Shown here piece after piece: positions 52,499 to 62,023 of a stretch of DNA of 64,000 bases. The translations under genes and the position numbers were made by a program. The stretch's first letter is position 1. Each line of letters starts with the position of its first letter. Under the pieces are notes generated by a model. It was not told the DNA's origin. It saw only the letters and a program-made list of their open reading frames with translations, and made no database searches. This DNA is from Thermodesulfobacteriota bacterium (GTDB lineage Bacteria > Desulfobacterota > Desulfobacteria > Desulfobacterales > SURF-7), in NCBI GenBank assembly GCA_049320885.1, contig JBMORA010000035.1:39054-103053 (forward strand). Direction: 5' to 3'.

Positions 52499-54397
52499 AT
52501 GATGCTCAGAAACATGCGGAAAAACGCCTCCTCATGGGTGATTAAAATTCTGTTAAGCCTTATCGTTCTCGCCTTTATATTCACGGGCGTGGGCACCTAT
52601 CAAGCGGAGAAAGCCAACCGGCTCGGTCTTGTCAACGGTGAGACGCTTCTGGTTTCCGAATACCGCGACACCTACCAGAATCTGATCGAACAGCTGCGCC
52701 AGCGCTATGGTAACAACCTGAACAGCGAGATGCTCGAAATGCTGCAGGTGAAGAAACAGGCGCTCGATAGGCTCATCGGACAAAAACTGATCCTGCAGGA
52801 AGCCCAAAAACGTGGTTTGATCGTCGGGGATGAAGAACTGGCCGAAACCATCCGCGGCATGGGTATTTTCAACGAAGCGGGGGAATTCAGCCAGAAACGC
52901 TACGACCGGATGTTGAGTCGGGTGCAAATGTCGCCGGAAATTTTCGAAACCAAGCAACGGGAGGCGATGCTCGCCGATAAACTGCAGACCCTGATCACCG
53001 ACAATGTCAAGGTAACGGAAAAGGAAGCCCATGAATGGTTCAACTGGTTGAATGCCGAGGTGAACCTCGATGTCGTGAGTTTCCAGCCGGATCAATACAA
53101 GGATATCGTCCCCGCCGAGGAAGAAATCAACAATTATTACAAAACCAACAAGGAGAAATATAAAACCGATTCCATGGTCAAGGCCGGGTATATCCGGTTC
53201 GCCGCCAAAGATTATCTGGATAAGGTTTCCGTTTCCGAGGCGGAACTGAAGGATTACTATACCGAAAACCGGAAACGGTACGAAACTCCCAAAACCGTCG
53301 AGGCCCGCCATATCCTGCTGCGGCTTGATGCCAACGCGCCCGCGGCCCTGGTGGAGGAAAAACGGGCCAAAGCCCAGGAAATCGCCAATCAGGCCCGACA
53401 GCCCGGCCAGGATTTCGCCAAGCTGGCCAGGGAATTCACCGAGGAGCCGAATAAGGAAAACGGCGGCTTCCTGAAGGCGTTCCGGCGCGAGGAGATGGTG
53501 GCGCCTTTTTCCGATAAGGCATTTTCCATGCAGGTAGACGAGATCAGTGACCCGGTGAGAACCCAGTTCGGGTGGCATGTCATCAAGGTGGAAAAAATCA
53601 ATGAGAAATCGGAAAAAACCTTCGAGGCGGTCCAGGAGGAGATCCGAAAAACCGTGACGGATGAAAAAGCCAAAGCCCTGGCCTATGAGGAGGCTGAAGC
53701 GGTTTTTGAGATATCCATTGAAGGGGATGATCTGGAGCAAAGCGCCAAGGAACGGAGCCTGGCGTTGTCCACCACGGACTATTTCACGGCGGCCGGTCCC
53801 AAGGAAGGGGTTCCCGACCGGTTGAAATTCGCCCGGGCGGCGTTCGATCTGCCGGAAAAGGGCATCAGCGATGTATTGGAGTTGCAGGACGGTTATTATA
53901 TTCTTCAGGTCCAGGAAAAGGTTCCCTCCAAGACAGCGGAATATGCTGATGTCAAGGAAACAGTGACGGCGGATTTAAAGAAGGAGTTGCAGGACGCCAA
54001 GGCTTCCGCTGAAGCGGATCAATTCTTCCAGGCCTTGACGGCTGAGCCGGGATCCTTTGCGGCCGAGAGCGGAAAACGGGGCCTGGAGGTGATCAGCACC
54101 GGCTTTTTCAAGCGTGAGGGAACGATCCCGCGCATCGGCATGGAGGAAAGCCTGGCGGAGGCCGCTTTCAACCTGTCCGCGGAGGAACCGCGACCGAAAC
54201 AGGTCATCCGTGGTCAGATGGGGTATTACATCATTCAGTTGAAGGAACGCAGAATATCCGATACCATGAAATTCGACGCGGAGAAAAAAAAGCTGATGGC
54301 GCAACTGACGGTGCAGAAAAAAAATCAGCGCTTCAGCAAATGGCTGGCGCAACTGCGCGAAAAAAGTGACATCACCATTCAGGAAGGCTTATTGTAA
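52499..54397 (+). CDS. ppiD: Periplasmic chaperone / peptidyl-prolyl isomerase PpiD-like (SurA-N and parvulin domains, N-terminal TM anchor)
   Basis: 632 aa. MMLRNMRKNASSWVIKILLSLIVLAFIFTG. Parvulin core EARHILLRLD...FGWHVIKVE. Confidence 0.85.
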   Translation: MMLRNMRKNASSWVIKILLSLIVLAFIFTGVGTYQAEKANRLGLVNGETLLVSEYRDTYQNLIEQLRQRYGNNLNSEMLEMLQVKKQALDRLIGQKLILQEAQKRGLIVGDEELAETIRGMGIFNEAGEFSQKRYDRMLSRVQMSPEIFETKQREAMLADKLQTLITDNVKVTEKEAHEWFNWLNAEVNLDVVSFQPDQYKDIVPAEEEINNYYKTNKEKYKTDSMVKAGYIRFAAKDYLDKVSVSEAELKDYYTENRKRYETPKTVEARHILLRLDANAPAALVEEKRAKAQEIANQARQPGQDFAKLAREFTEEPNKENGGFLKAFRREEMVAPFSDKAFSMQVDEISDPVRTQFGWHVIKVEKINEKSEKTFEAVQEEIRKTVTDEKAKALAYEEAEAVFEISIEGDDLEQSAKERSLALSTTDYFTAAGPKEGVPDRLKFARAAFDLPEKGISDVLELQDGYYILQVQEKVPSKTAEYADVKETVTADLKKELQDAKASAEADQFFQALTAEPGSFAAESGKRGLEVISTGFFKREGTIPRIGMEESLAEAAFNLSAEEPRPKQVIRGQMGYYIIQLKERRISDTMKFDAEKKKLMAQLTVQKKNQRFSKWLAQLREKSDITIQEGLL

Positions 54398-54445
54398 TTG
54401 AAAACCGGGCCGGCCCAGGACAAGTCGGCCGGCCATGGGGGAACG

Positions 54446-54682
54446 ATGGGCAAAGACGGGTTCCATACGGGCGACTTTTTGCAGTATAAAAAATGTCCGG
54501 AATGTTATACGAAATTGCCGATGAATGCCCAGAAATGCCACTCCTGCAATCAGAAGGTGGGGGAAATCGACAAGTTCGGATTTGCCAAGAAGCCGTTTAA
54601 CTGGGTTGGATACGGCTCTGCTCTGGTGCTGTGGATCGCATTCGGGTATTTTTTCTGGTGGGCTTTTTTAAAGGACCAATAA
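54446..54682 (+). CDS. Small zinc-ribbon membrane protein
   Basis: MGKDGFHTGDFLQYKKCPECYTKLPMNAQKCHSCNQKVGE..., then a TM helix (VGYGSALVLWIAFGYFFWWAFL). ATG 54446 behind GGGGGA. Confidence 0.6.
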   Translation: MGKDGFHTGDFLQYKKCPECYTKLPMNAQKCHSCNQKVGEIDKFGFAKKPFNWVGYGSALVLWIAFGYFFWWAFLKDQ

Positions 54683-54687
54683 GCCCG

Positions 54688-55356
54688 TCAGCCGGCGATC
54701 ATTGCCCGCATGATATCTCCCGCTTTTTCGGCGTGGTCGGCGACGGTGCCGACTATTTCGGCGAACCGGATCATGTAAAACAAATCCGTGGCTTCCAGAT
54801 TGAGGGTGAAGATTTTCTGTTTCAGGAGATTTTCGGCACGATCCGCCTCGTGTTCTTTCAGCCGGAGGTTACGGATCCGGTCGATGACGGTGCCGCGCTG
54901 TTTCGCCGTGGGTTTGCGGAAAAATCTCCGCGCTTCGTCCACCATTTCCACCAGTTCCTCGATGGGCTCGATGACGGCATCCACCAGCAGATTGGTTTCC
55001 TTGGTCAGAATCGCCGGGATGCCGGCCGTCGGGCGGTAGGAAAGCCAGGCCAGGGATTCTTCCACCGCGTTCAGGATATGGTCCTGCTCTCCCAGGTACA
55101 TGAAAATCTGAAATTTATCAAAGGGCATTAAAAACTGTCTGGACATGCGGGTGCGGACCCGTCGCTTGATGATGTCCGCTTCGTTCTCCAGATTGACAAC
55201 CTCCTTGCGATGCTCCTCGAAGGATTGACATTGCTGGTTCAGATGGCATTCGATGGCCTGCTGGAAGGCCCAGGTGCATTCTTTTACTTTTTCGGCATGC
55301 TCCTGGATGCCGTCCAAAGGGGATCGCATGAAAAGAGGTAAGAATGGTATCCGCAT
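54688..55356 (-). CDS. DUF47 / TIGR00153-family (PhoU-like) protein
   Basis: MRIPFLPLFMRSPLDGIQEHAEKVKECTWAFQQAIE...LENEADIIKRRVRTRM...FLMPFDKFQIFMYLGEQDHILNAVEE. Start set at ATG 55356. Confidence 0.75.
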   Translation of the reverse strand: MRIPFLPLFMRSPLDGIQEHAEKVKECTWAFQQAIECHLNQQCQSFEEHRKEVVNLENEADIIKRRVRTRMSRQFLMPFDKFQIFMYLGEQDHILNAVEESLAWLSYRPTAGIPAILTKETNLLVDAVIEPIEELVEMVDEARRFFRKPTAKQRGTVIDRIRNLRLKEHEADRAENLLKQKIFTLNLEATDLFYMIRFAEIVGTVADHAEKAGDIMRAMIAG

Positions 55357-55463
55357 TTCCGGCTCCTGTTTTACATGAATCAAATGAATCAATCGTCAAT
55401 GGCTGTCGGTCTTCCATGTGGCGAACAGTGAATACGAGTCAGGATGAAGAGGGGGAATTGCCG

Positions 55464-55871
55464 TCAGGAATCGTCTGTCTGCTGATTGCGTTTGTTCCAG
55501 CGCTCGATTTTGTCGAACCCGTCCAGGGCGGCCCGAAACAGGATTTTCAGATCCACCGGTTTGGTGAAATAATCGTCGAAACCAGCCGCCCGGCAATCGG
55601 AAAATTCGTAGCGCGAGGCGTATCCGGTAACGGCGTATATGATCGCCATGGGGTTTTGTTTGCGAATCCTGCGGCATAACTCCAGCCCGTCCATTTTGGG
55701 CAATTTCAGATCCAGGAACATGACCGGATATTTCTCCCGATCCAGAATCGCCAGCGCCTCTTCGGCGCTTTGGGCGCGACGCACCGTATAGCCAGCCCGA
55801 TTGAAACCATTTTTGAACAGATCGATGATCATGTCATCGTCATCGACGATCAATATGTTTCTGCTCACCAT
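55464..55871 (-). CDS. Single-domain response regulator (REC)
   Basis: NILIVDDDDMIIDLFKNGFNRAGYTVRRAQSAEEALAIL...VMFLDLKLPKMDGLELCRRIR...AVTGY...DYFTKP. Confidence 0.9.
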   Translation of the reverse strand: MVSRNILIVDDDDMIIDLFKNGFNRAGYTVRRAQSAEEALAILDREKYPVMFLDLKLPKMDGLELCRRIRKQNPMAIIYAVTGYASRYEFSDCRAAGFDDYFTKPVDLKILFRAALDGFDKIERWNKRNQQTDDS

Positions 55872-56132
55872 GGAGTATCCCCTGCTTCATTCCGAATGCT
55901 CAACGACCTCTCCCTGATAAGGCCAGGCTTCAGATCAGGCCGCAATACGAAAGAAAACGCTCTTCCACCGTCGCCGACGTTCCGGTCGCACACCAGCTCG
56001 GAAAGGGGCTGATGAATTTCAACCAGTTTCCATGGTCTCGTTATATAACCAATCATTTTGCGAATTTCAAATCAATTCCGCTAGGATTCATCCATCTTGC
56101 GGAAGAGTTCCGCTGCTTGTCGCATCGCGATC

Positions 56133-57650
56133 CTAGAGACGCCTGACCGGCCCCACGGCGGTAACATACAGTAACGCCGAATTCTGCCGTAAACCCAGCA
56201 GGGTGCGCGCCTCGCCGTCATAGAAGGCGCCGATTCCGCAGCATCCCAATCCGAGGGCCGTGGCGCTCAGGTGGATGATCTGTCCCAGCCGTCCCGCCGT
56301 CATCATGGCGTGCCGGTATCCCCTGGGGCCGCGGGAATGATGGAGGAAATCCAGATCAGCCATGAACAGAAACAAAAGCGCCGAATTGGACAACCATTCC
56401 TGATCCAGACAGACCGCGGCCATTTCCCGGATCCGTTGGCCTTCCCGGACCAGTCCGATTCTCCGCTGATCCGGGTCCAGCAAATACAGACCCGGGGGGA
56501 CATGTTCAACAGCGCCGGAAAAAAAACCGACCCGGATGGGGGGCTCGGGATTGTTATCCCCGATTTCCGACCGTCGCAATACATCCGCCGGCAGCTCCAA
56601 CAGGCTGTCAAAAGCGGTTTCCGGCAATTCCTGATTCACGAAATTTCGTCTGGAACGACGCGTAAATACGATTTCCGGATACGGTATTGCCGCGGTCCTC
56701 TCGCCATTCCGGGTGATTGCCCGATACCGGCGGGGTTCGATTCCGAGTTCATGCCGGGTTTCCGGTTTTCCCGCATCGGCCGGCACGGGCGGTATTCCGG
56801 CGCGGTGGAGCTGCTCGATTTCGGGATAATCGACCTCCCGCAGGCAAACCGGGGCTGCGGTCGGAATATCGTTTTCACCGTTCACCGGCGTCACAGGGGC
56901 GGCGGCGGGGGGCGACTTCCCGCCGTATACATGAAAACAGGCGAGACAAACCTCCCGGCGGCCGTCTATCCCCATGAATGACTCCAATTCCCGATCGTTG
57001 AAATCATAGCCGAAGGAGAAATCCAGGGCCAGGGACCTGGCGGCAAGGATCATATTTTCCAGCAGATGCCCGGCATCCAGCAGGACATAGCGATAGGCCC
57101 TGGAACGGTACTTCCAGGCGCTTCGATAGATGATCCCGGTGAGCAGAAAGGAGGCGGCGAGCCGTTCCGTGTCCCCGGGCGCTGCGGCGCGGTCCAGGAG
57201 GTTCGCGGGCCCTATTTGTCGCAATGGGATCAGGTTCCCGCCGGTGATATCATAATGGTAGAGACCCGATTCCAGGCCGGCTACCGACGAAGCGGCCAGA
57301 TAGATTTCCGCGGGATACAGGGCTCCGGCGGAAGGCACGCTCCGATAATAAAAATCCTGTCCGGGGCGGCCCACCCGGGCGGTGAGGCAGCAGGCCTGCC
57401 GAAGGAACGAACCCACAACGGCCAAGTTCACATTTTCCATGGAAGCCGCCATTGTCCGCCGGTTGGAAAGCGTCCAGAGATTTTGTTCCCCGGTGAGTTC
57501 CGCCGCGGGCAGCTTCAGCGGCCGGATACCGGGATAACGCTTGTACACGTCCGGTTGGTCGGACCAGTCCAGATAATGGCCCTGCATGGCGTTGCGATCG
57601 TATTCGGTGGACCGGTGATAGGTGGTCGCGGGTTGGATGCGGCTGGTCAT
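56133..57650 (-). CDS. SagB/ThcOx-type (double nitroreductase-fold) dehydrogenase
   Basis: TYHRSTEYDRNAMQGHYLDWSDQPDVYKRYPG...PSAGALYPAEIY...YRYVLLDAGHLLENM..., with a second nitroreductase-like half. Start set at MTSRIQP (ATG 57650). Confidence 0.75.
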   Translation of the reverse strand: MTSRIQPATTYHRSTEYDRNAMQGHYLDWSDQPDVYKRYPGIRPLKLPAAELTGEQNLWTLSNRRTMAASMENVNLAVVGSFLRQACCLTARVGRPGQDFYYRSVPSAGALYPAEIYLAASSVAGLESGLYHYDITGGNLIPLRQIGPANLLDRAAAPGDTERLAASFLLTGIIYRSAWKYRSRAYRYVLLDAGHLLENMILAARSLALDFSFGYDFNDRELESFMGIDGRREVCLACFHVYGGKSPPAAAPVTPVNGENDIPTAAPVCLREVDYPEIEQLHRAGIPPVPADAGKPETRHELGIEPRRYRAITRNGERTAAIPYPEIVFTRRSRRNFVNQELPETAFDSLLELPADVLRRSEIGDNNPEPPIRVGFFSGAVEHVPPGLYLLDPDQRRIGLVREGQRIREMAAVCLDQEWLSNSALLFLFMADLDFLHHSRGPRGYRHAMMTAGRLGQIIHLSATALGLGCCGIGAFYDGEARTLLGLRQNSALLYVTAVGPVRRL

Positions 57651-57839
57651 CGACGTCAACTCCCAAGGCGTGCAGGCGGATGCCCGATGATGAAAAAACT
57701 GGCTGAATTGTGAATAAGATAATGCTACAGAAGATAAGATGCAAGCCGAAGAAACCATCGGCTTCGGGACGGCCGGATCGCGCTGTTGAAAACCGGATGG
57801 TTTTTCCGGTAATCATGAAGGGATAAAAAAGAGGAGCGG

Positions 57840-58466
57840 ATGATGCACATGGGGATGATCGAGTTGCGGGTCGGGCTGCCGGAGTGGGTTGATGAATGGC
57901 TGAAAGGCGTCCCGAAGTCAGGCGGCGGTGTGGAAGACAACATGCGCCTGGTGGTGGAGCTGGCGCGGGAAAATGTCCGGCACGGGCTCGGCGGACCTTT
58001 CGCGGCGGCGGTTTTCGCCGAGGACGGACAACTCGTTTCCGTGGGGATCAACCGGGTGGTGGCTGAGCATTGTTCCATCCTGCACGCCGAGATCATTGCC
58101 CTGGCCCTGGCCCAGAAGCGTCTGGGACGCTACGACCTGAGCGATGGCGGTTTAAGGCGCTATGAGCTGTTTGCCTCCACGGAACCTTGCGCCATGTGCT
58201 TCGGGGCCGTTCCCTGGTCGGGGGTTTCTACGCTGGCATGCGGCGCCCGGGATGAGGATGCGCGCAGGATCGGGTTCGATGAGGGACCGAAGACGGAACA
58301 GTGGGCCGAGGCCCTCCGGCAACGCGGAATCAGGGTGATCCGGGATGTATTGCGGGATGAAGCCAGGCAGGTGCTGGAAGACTACCTCGCGGCGGGAGGG
58401 GTCGTTTATAATTCAGGACTGCCGACACTTCAGGAATCAGCAACCAGCAATCAGAATTCAGGATAA
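57840..58466 (+). CDS. CMP/dCMP-type zinc deaminase (guanine/nucleoside deaminase-like)
   Basis: GGPFAAAVF...HAEIIALALAQ...ELFASTEPCAMCFGAVPWSG (the H-A-E ... P-C-x-x-C zinc motif). Confidence 0.8.
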   Translation: MMHMGMIELRVGLPEWVDEWLKGVPKSGGGVEDNMRLVVELARENVRHGLGGPFAAAVFAEDGQLVSVGINRVVAEHCSILHAEIIALALAQKRLGRYDLSDGGLRRYELFASTEPCAMCFGAVPWSGVSTLACGARDEDARRIGFDEGPKTEQWAEALRQRGIRVIRDVLRDEARQVLEDYLAAGGVVYNSGLPTLQESATSNQNSG

Positions 58467-58472
58467 AAATTA

Positions 58473-59825
58473 TCAGGTTATTTCATTTTCCGGAAGCTGG
58501 TTTTCGATGCATTTCCGGATGGCGGCATATACATCCGGGTGGTTTGCCAGGTGGAAGTGATTCATCCCGCCGAAAACCATGTTCATGGCGAACGGGAACC
58601 GGCGGCCGACGAATGCTGTTCCGGCCGCGCTTTCCGGTCTCACCACCAGATCTCCCAGCAGCCGTCCCATGGGATGATCGGCGTCACGGGTGACCGTCGC
58701 GCCTAAAAAATAGTAAGCCACGCCGTCCACGAACGGGGCTTCGCAGCGCTGGTTTTCCAGCAACCGGTCCGGGTCCCTGTCCGCCCATTCCTCATCGATG
58801 GTATAGCCGAATCGCAAATCCTTGATTCCGGAACTTCGCGTATCCAGAAGCTCTCCGGGCACCTGGGTGCCAGCGGTATCGAATACCTGCAACAAATTAC
58901 TTACCACATTGGCCGCCTTTTCCAGCGGCGCTCCGAGATTGGGAGAGCCGAGAGAAAAAATACGGCTCAGCCGGCTCATCCAGGGTTCCTGCCCGGCGGC
59001 GCCATGGCAGGCCGCGCTGCGGGCCACAAGGCCGCCCATGCTGTGACCGATGAGAATGATTTCCGTAAGTTCCGCGGGATACGCTTCCAAAATCCGGGTC
59101 AGCAGCGATGAGAGCAGCCGGCCGTTTTCCGAAATGTGTCTTCCCGTGTTGTAGCGGACGTACAAAGGCGTTATGCCGAGATCGCGTTCCAGCAGGACGC
59201 CGAAATTGACGGCCGCGTCTCCGTAAAACCGCTGGGCCGACAGGCTCCAGGACCATTCGGTGCAGCCAAGCCCGTGAACAAACACACAGATTCTGGGGCC
59301 GGCTTCGGGAAGGGCTCGTCTCAGGGCTTTCGGTTCGACAGGCAGGATATTCCCCTGGTGCCGGAGCGTCATTCCCAGATCGAGGGCATTGTTCCGGTTG
59401 TGCAGGTAATCCCCATAAAAGGCGTTCAGGGCGCTTTCGCCATGGTCCGCCAGCCATGACCATGTGCCGGCCGCATCCGAGCGGACGGGCGTTCCCGGGT
59501 CAAGGGTCCGGCGCATTTGTCGGGCGACGGACTCGCTGGCCAATACCTGGAAAGCGGCGTTCAGCGCCTGCCGCACGCCGCGATTCACGGTCCGGATGGT
59601 GCCGTACACCCCTTCGGCGGTTTTGTCGTGGGCGGTCTGAAGGGCCGACCCCGGAGTGGATAAAGGCTCGACAGGGGCAAAGCGGCGCGTGGTCCTTTCA
59701 GAAACCGACAGGTGGGTGCGTTCGACCAGGTTCGTAACCTCCTCGACGACATCGAAGACCAGATCCTTCAATCCTTCCAGACGGGGCATGGCCTTTCCTG
59801 TTTCGCCTTTTCGATCCTGTTTCAT
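58473..59825 (-). CDS. Alpha/beta-hydrolase fold protein (lipase/esterase-like)
   Basis: ICVFVHGLGCTEWSW...IILIGHSMGGLVARSA (nucleophile elbow GHSMGG). Confidence 0.75.
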   Translation of the reverse strand: MKQDRKGETGKAMPRLEGLKDLVFDVVEEVTNLVERTHLSVSERTTRRFAPVEPLSTPGSALQTAHDKTAEGVYGTIRTVNRGVRQALNAAFQVLASESVARQMRRTLDPGTPVRSDAAGTWSWLADHGESALNAFYGDYLHNRNNALDLGMTLRHQGNILPVEPKALRRALPEAGPRICVFVHGLGCTEWSWSLSAQRFYGDAAVNFGVLLERDLGITPLYVRYNTGRHISENGRLLSSLLTRILEAYPAELTEIILIGHSMGGLVARSAACHGAAGQEPWMSRLSRIFSLGSPNLGAPLEKAANVVSNLLQVFDTAGTQVPGELLDTRSSGIKDLRFGYTIDEEWADRDPDRLLENQRCEAPFVDGVAYYFLGATVTRDADHPMGRLLGDLVVRPESAAGTAFVGRRFPFAMNMVFGGMNHFHLANHPDVYAAIRKCIENQLPENEIT

Positions 59826-60178
59826 TCGCTTTCCTCTCGCCGGATACCGGTCTGATCGAATGGAGTGCCTTGAAAACCATCATGCGCGCGGCCGCCAAAG
59901 GGGCCTTGCCTGAAAAACAATGGGAGTGTATGCCACGCCGTCCGGGATTGCAAGCACCATCTGTCGCGGCGAATGAAATCACGGCAAACCCGCCGGCCAG
60001 GGCCGGGCCGGGGACATGGGGGGTAGGGGCAATAACCGTGTTGACAGTCCGCAACCTTTGGATTATGCTCAATTTCCGGAGTCAGATGGGGCGTCGCGGC
60101 CGGCGGGGCGCCGCTCCTCCATCAATCGCGGATGATCGCAGGAAAATCACGCCTCTCGAATGGAAGGAAACAACTTTG

Positions 60179-60949
60179 ATGATATGGTTGCGAAAACTAG
60201 GGATCGTCGTTCTGTTGTTCGGGGTGCCGGCATTCTTCGCCTGCAGCAGTGATGACGCCGAAGTCACCGGTTGGACCACGGATCAACAGGGGGGGATCAC
60301 CGGGATCTGGGATTCGGAAGAGACCGTTTCCGGCAATTGCGCCGGAGAGCAATATCCATTCACAATTTATGATACCTATCAGGTGGAGCAGTCCGGAAGC
60401 AGTCTGACGGTGAGGATTCAATCCAAATCCGCCGAGGTTTCCGGCACCATCAATGGCAACTGGATCACCTGGAAAGGTTCCTTTCCCGCTGACGGGGGAA
60501 CCTTGTCGATTGATTTTTCCGGCACCCTGGTTTCCGAAAACCGGATTTCCGGAACAGCCACATGGGAATGGGCCGGAAACGGCACCAGCTGCAACGGGAC
60601 AACCCAGATCACGGCATCCCGGGAGGAACAGGCCGGCCAATGGGATGCGAGCGGCTGGTGGCAGGGCTCCTGGGCCAGCGGATTGTTCGGTATCAAGGGC
60701 GGTTTCACCGCGGCCATCACCCAGCAGGGGGCCACATTGACCGGAACCATCAACGTGCCCGATATCGGGATCGAAAATGAGCCCCTGAAAGGCACCGCCT
60801 CCGGGAGCAGCATCGTCTTCGGCGATGTCAACGACCGGATCATTTTCAGCGGCGAACTCAGCGGCACGACAACCGCCGCGGGGACGTACCGGTATCCCGG
60901 CATTCTGGACAGCGGCACCTGGAACGCCGTCCGGACCGGTTCCAACTGA
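60179..60949 (+). CDS. Lipoprotein of unknown function
   Basis: MIWLRKLGIVVLLFGVPAFFAC-SSDD (lipobox FFAC). SD GGAAGGAAA. Internal repeats of G/T/S-rich beta-like segments. The upstream 103 codons of the listed ORF lack support. Confidence 0.65.
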   Translation: MIWLRKLGIVVLLFGVPAFFACSSDDAEVTGWTTDQQGGITGIWDSEETVSGNCAGEQYPFTIYDTYQVEQSGSSLTVRIQSKSAEVSGTINGNWITWKGSFPADGGTLSIDFSGTLVSENRISGTATWEWAGNGTSCNGTTQITASREEQAGQWDASGWWQGSWASGLFGIKGGFTAAITQQGATLTGTINVPDIGIENEPLKGTASGSSIVFGDVNDRIIFSGELSGTTTAAGTYRYPGILDSGTWNAVRTGSN

Positions 60950-61010
60950 CAAGGGAACGTCATTCCTGGTTCGTAATGCCGGGTTCGTGATTGTTTTTTC
61001 TGAGGTGTGC

Positions 61011-61508
61011 GTGAGGGTTGGATGGAAACAGTTCCTGTTCCCGGAGGTCACAAAAGGCCTGGCCATACGCGCTTTTCTGACCGCCGCGCTGGCTTACCTC
61101 TTTTTCGCTTTTGTCTGCATCCCCATGCGGGTCAGCGGACGCAGCATGGAGCCGTTGTATCACGGCGGCCAGTTTCTCTTCTGCTGGGCACCGTCCTATT
61201 GGTTGTCGGAACCCCGGCGTTTTGACGTGGTTTTCGTGCAGATGACCGGCAGACAGGTGGTGCTTCTCAAACGCGTCGCCGCATTGGCCGGCGAAACCGT
61301 CGGTTTTCAAAACGGGGCGCTGATGGTGGATGGCCGGCGGGTGGAAGAAGCCCACGTGAAATTCAAGGGGAATTGGAATTTGCCCGGACGCAAGGTGAAA
61401 CCGGGCAATGTATATGTCATCGGGGACAACCGGGCCGTATCCATGGACGTGCATGTCTTCGGGCAGACCCCGACCAATCGAATTCTGGGAACACCATTGT
61501 CATGGTAA
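61011..61508 (+). CDS. lepB: Signal peptidase I
   Basis: IPMRVSGRSMEPLYHGG (catalytic S in SM), VLLKRVAALAGETV (catalytic K), VYVIGDNRAVSMDVHVFG. GTG start proposed at 61011; the exact start is uncertain. Confidence 0.8.
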   Translation: MRVGWKQFLFPEVTKGLAIRAFLTAALAYLFFAFVCIPMRVSGRSMEPLYHGGQFLFCWAPSYWLSEPRRFDVVFVQMTGRQVVLLKRVAALAGETVGFQNGALMVDGRRVEEAHVKFKGNWNLPGRKVKPGNVYVIGDNRAVSMDVHVFGQTPTNRILGTPLSW

Positions 61509-62002
61509 GCAAAAGAACCATTCGTTTTGTTTTGCTGCTCGCGGGCGTCGCCGCGGTGATCGTTTATCTGGTGGTCTTCAGCGCGGAGAATCAGGTGCGG
61601 CGCGTCATTACAAAAGCCTGCGGGCTGGTTGCAAGAAATGCCAATGACCAGCCCCTGGCCCTGGCGGCCAGAACCAACCAGCTCAAGGCGTATCTGGATG
61701 ATGAACTGCAAATCCATATTCCGTCCTATCGGTTCCAGGGCCTGTATGCCAGGCAGGATATCGCCGCCAGTCTGCTGGCCGCTTTTTCCCATGCCGAGGT
61801 GATTTCCGTAACGGTTTTCGATCTGACCGTGGAGGTGTTGCCGGATGGGGAGGCCACAGCCGGTTTCACCGCCGAGATTTCCCGAAAGCTCCGGGACCAG
61901 GTCATGGAGACGGACTACCTGCAGCTCTCCTGCCGATTGCGGAAGCCGTCGGATGACTGGGTGTTGTATCAGGTGGAGGTTGTCGAGGCGCTGGAGAAAT
62001 GA
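61502..62002 (+). CDS. Membrane-anchored hypothetical protein
   Basis: MVSKRTIRFVLLLAGVAAVIVYLVVF... Its ATG overlaps the lepB stop (ATGGTAA). Confidence 0.55.
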   Translation: MVSKRTIRFVLLLAGVAAVIVYLVVFSAENQVRRVITKACGLVARNANDQPLALAARTNQLKAYLDDELQIHIPSYRFQGLYARQDIAASLLAAFSHAEVISVTVFDLTVEVLPDGEATAGFTAEISRKLRDQVMETDYLQLSCRLRKPSDDWVLYQVEVVEALEK

Positions 62003-62023
62003 TCACCCGACAAGGAGGATGAC

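Noticed and set aside
55865-56056. 63-aa minus-strand ORF between the SagB-like gene and REC (its stop overlaps the REC start as ATGGTGA); considered as a possible RiPP precursor
   Set aside because: There is no SD, no Cys/Ser/Thr-rich core and no cyclodehydratase (YcaO/SagC/D) nearby. SagB-like double nitroreductases often occur outside RiPP clusters. It remains unsupported.
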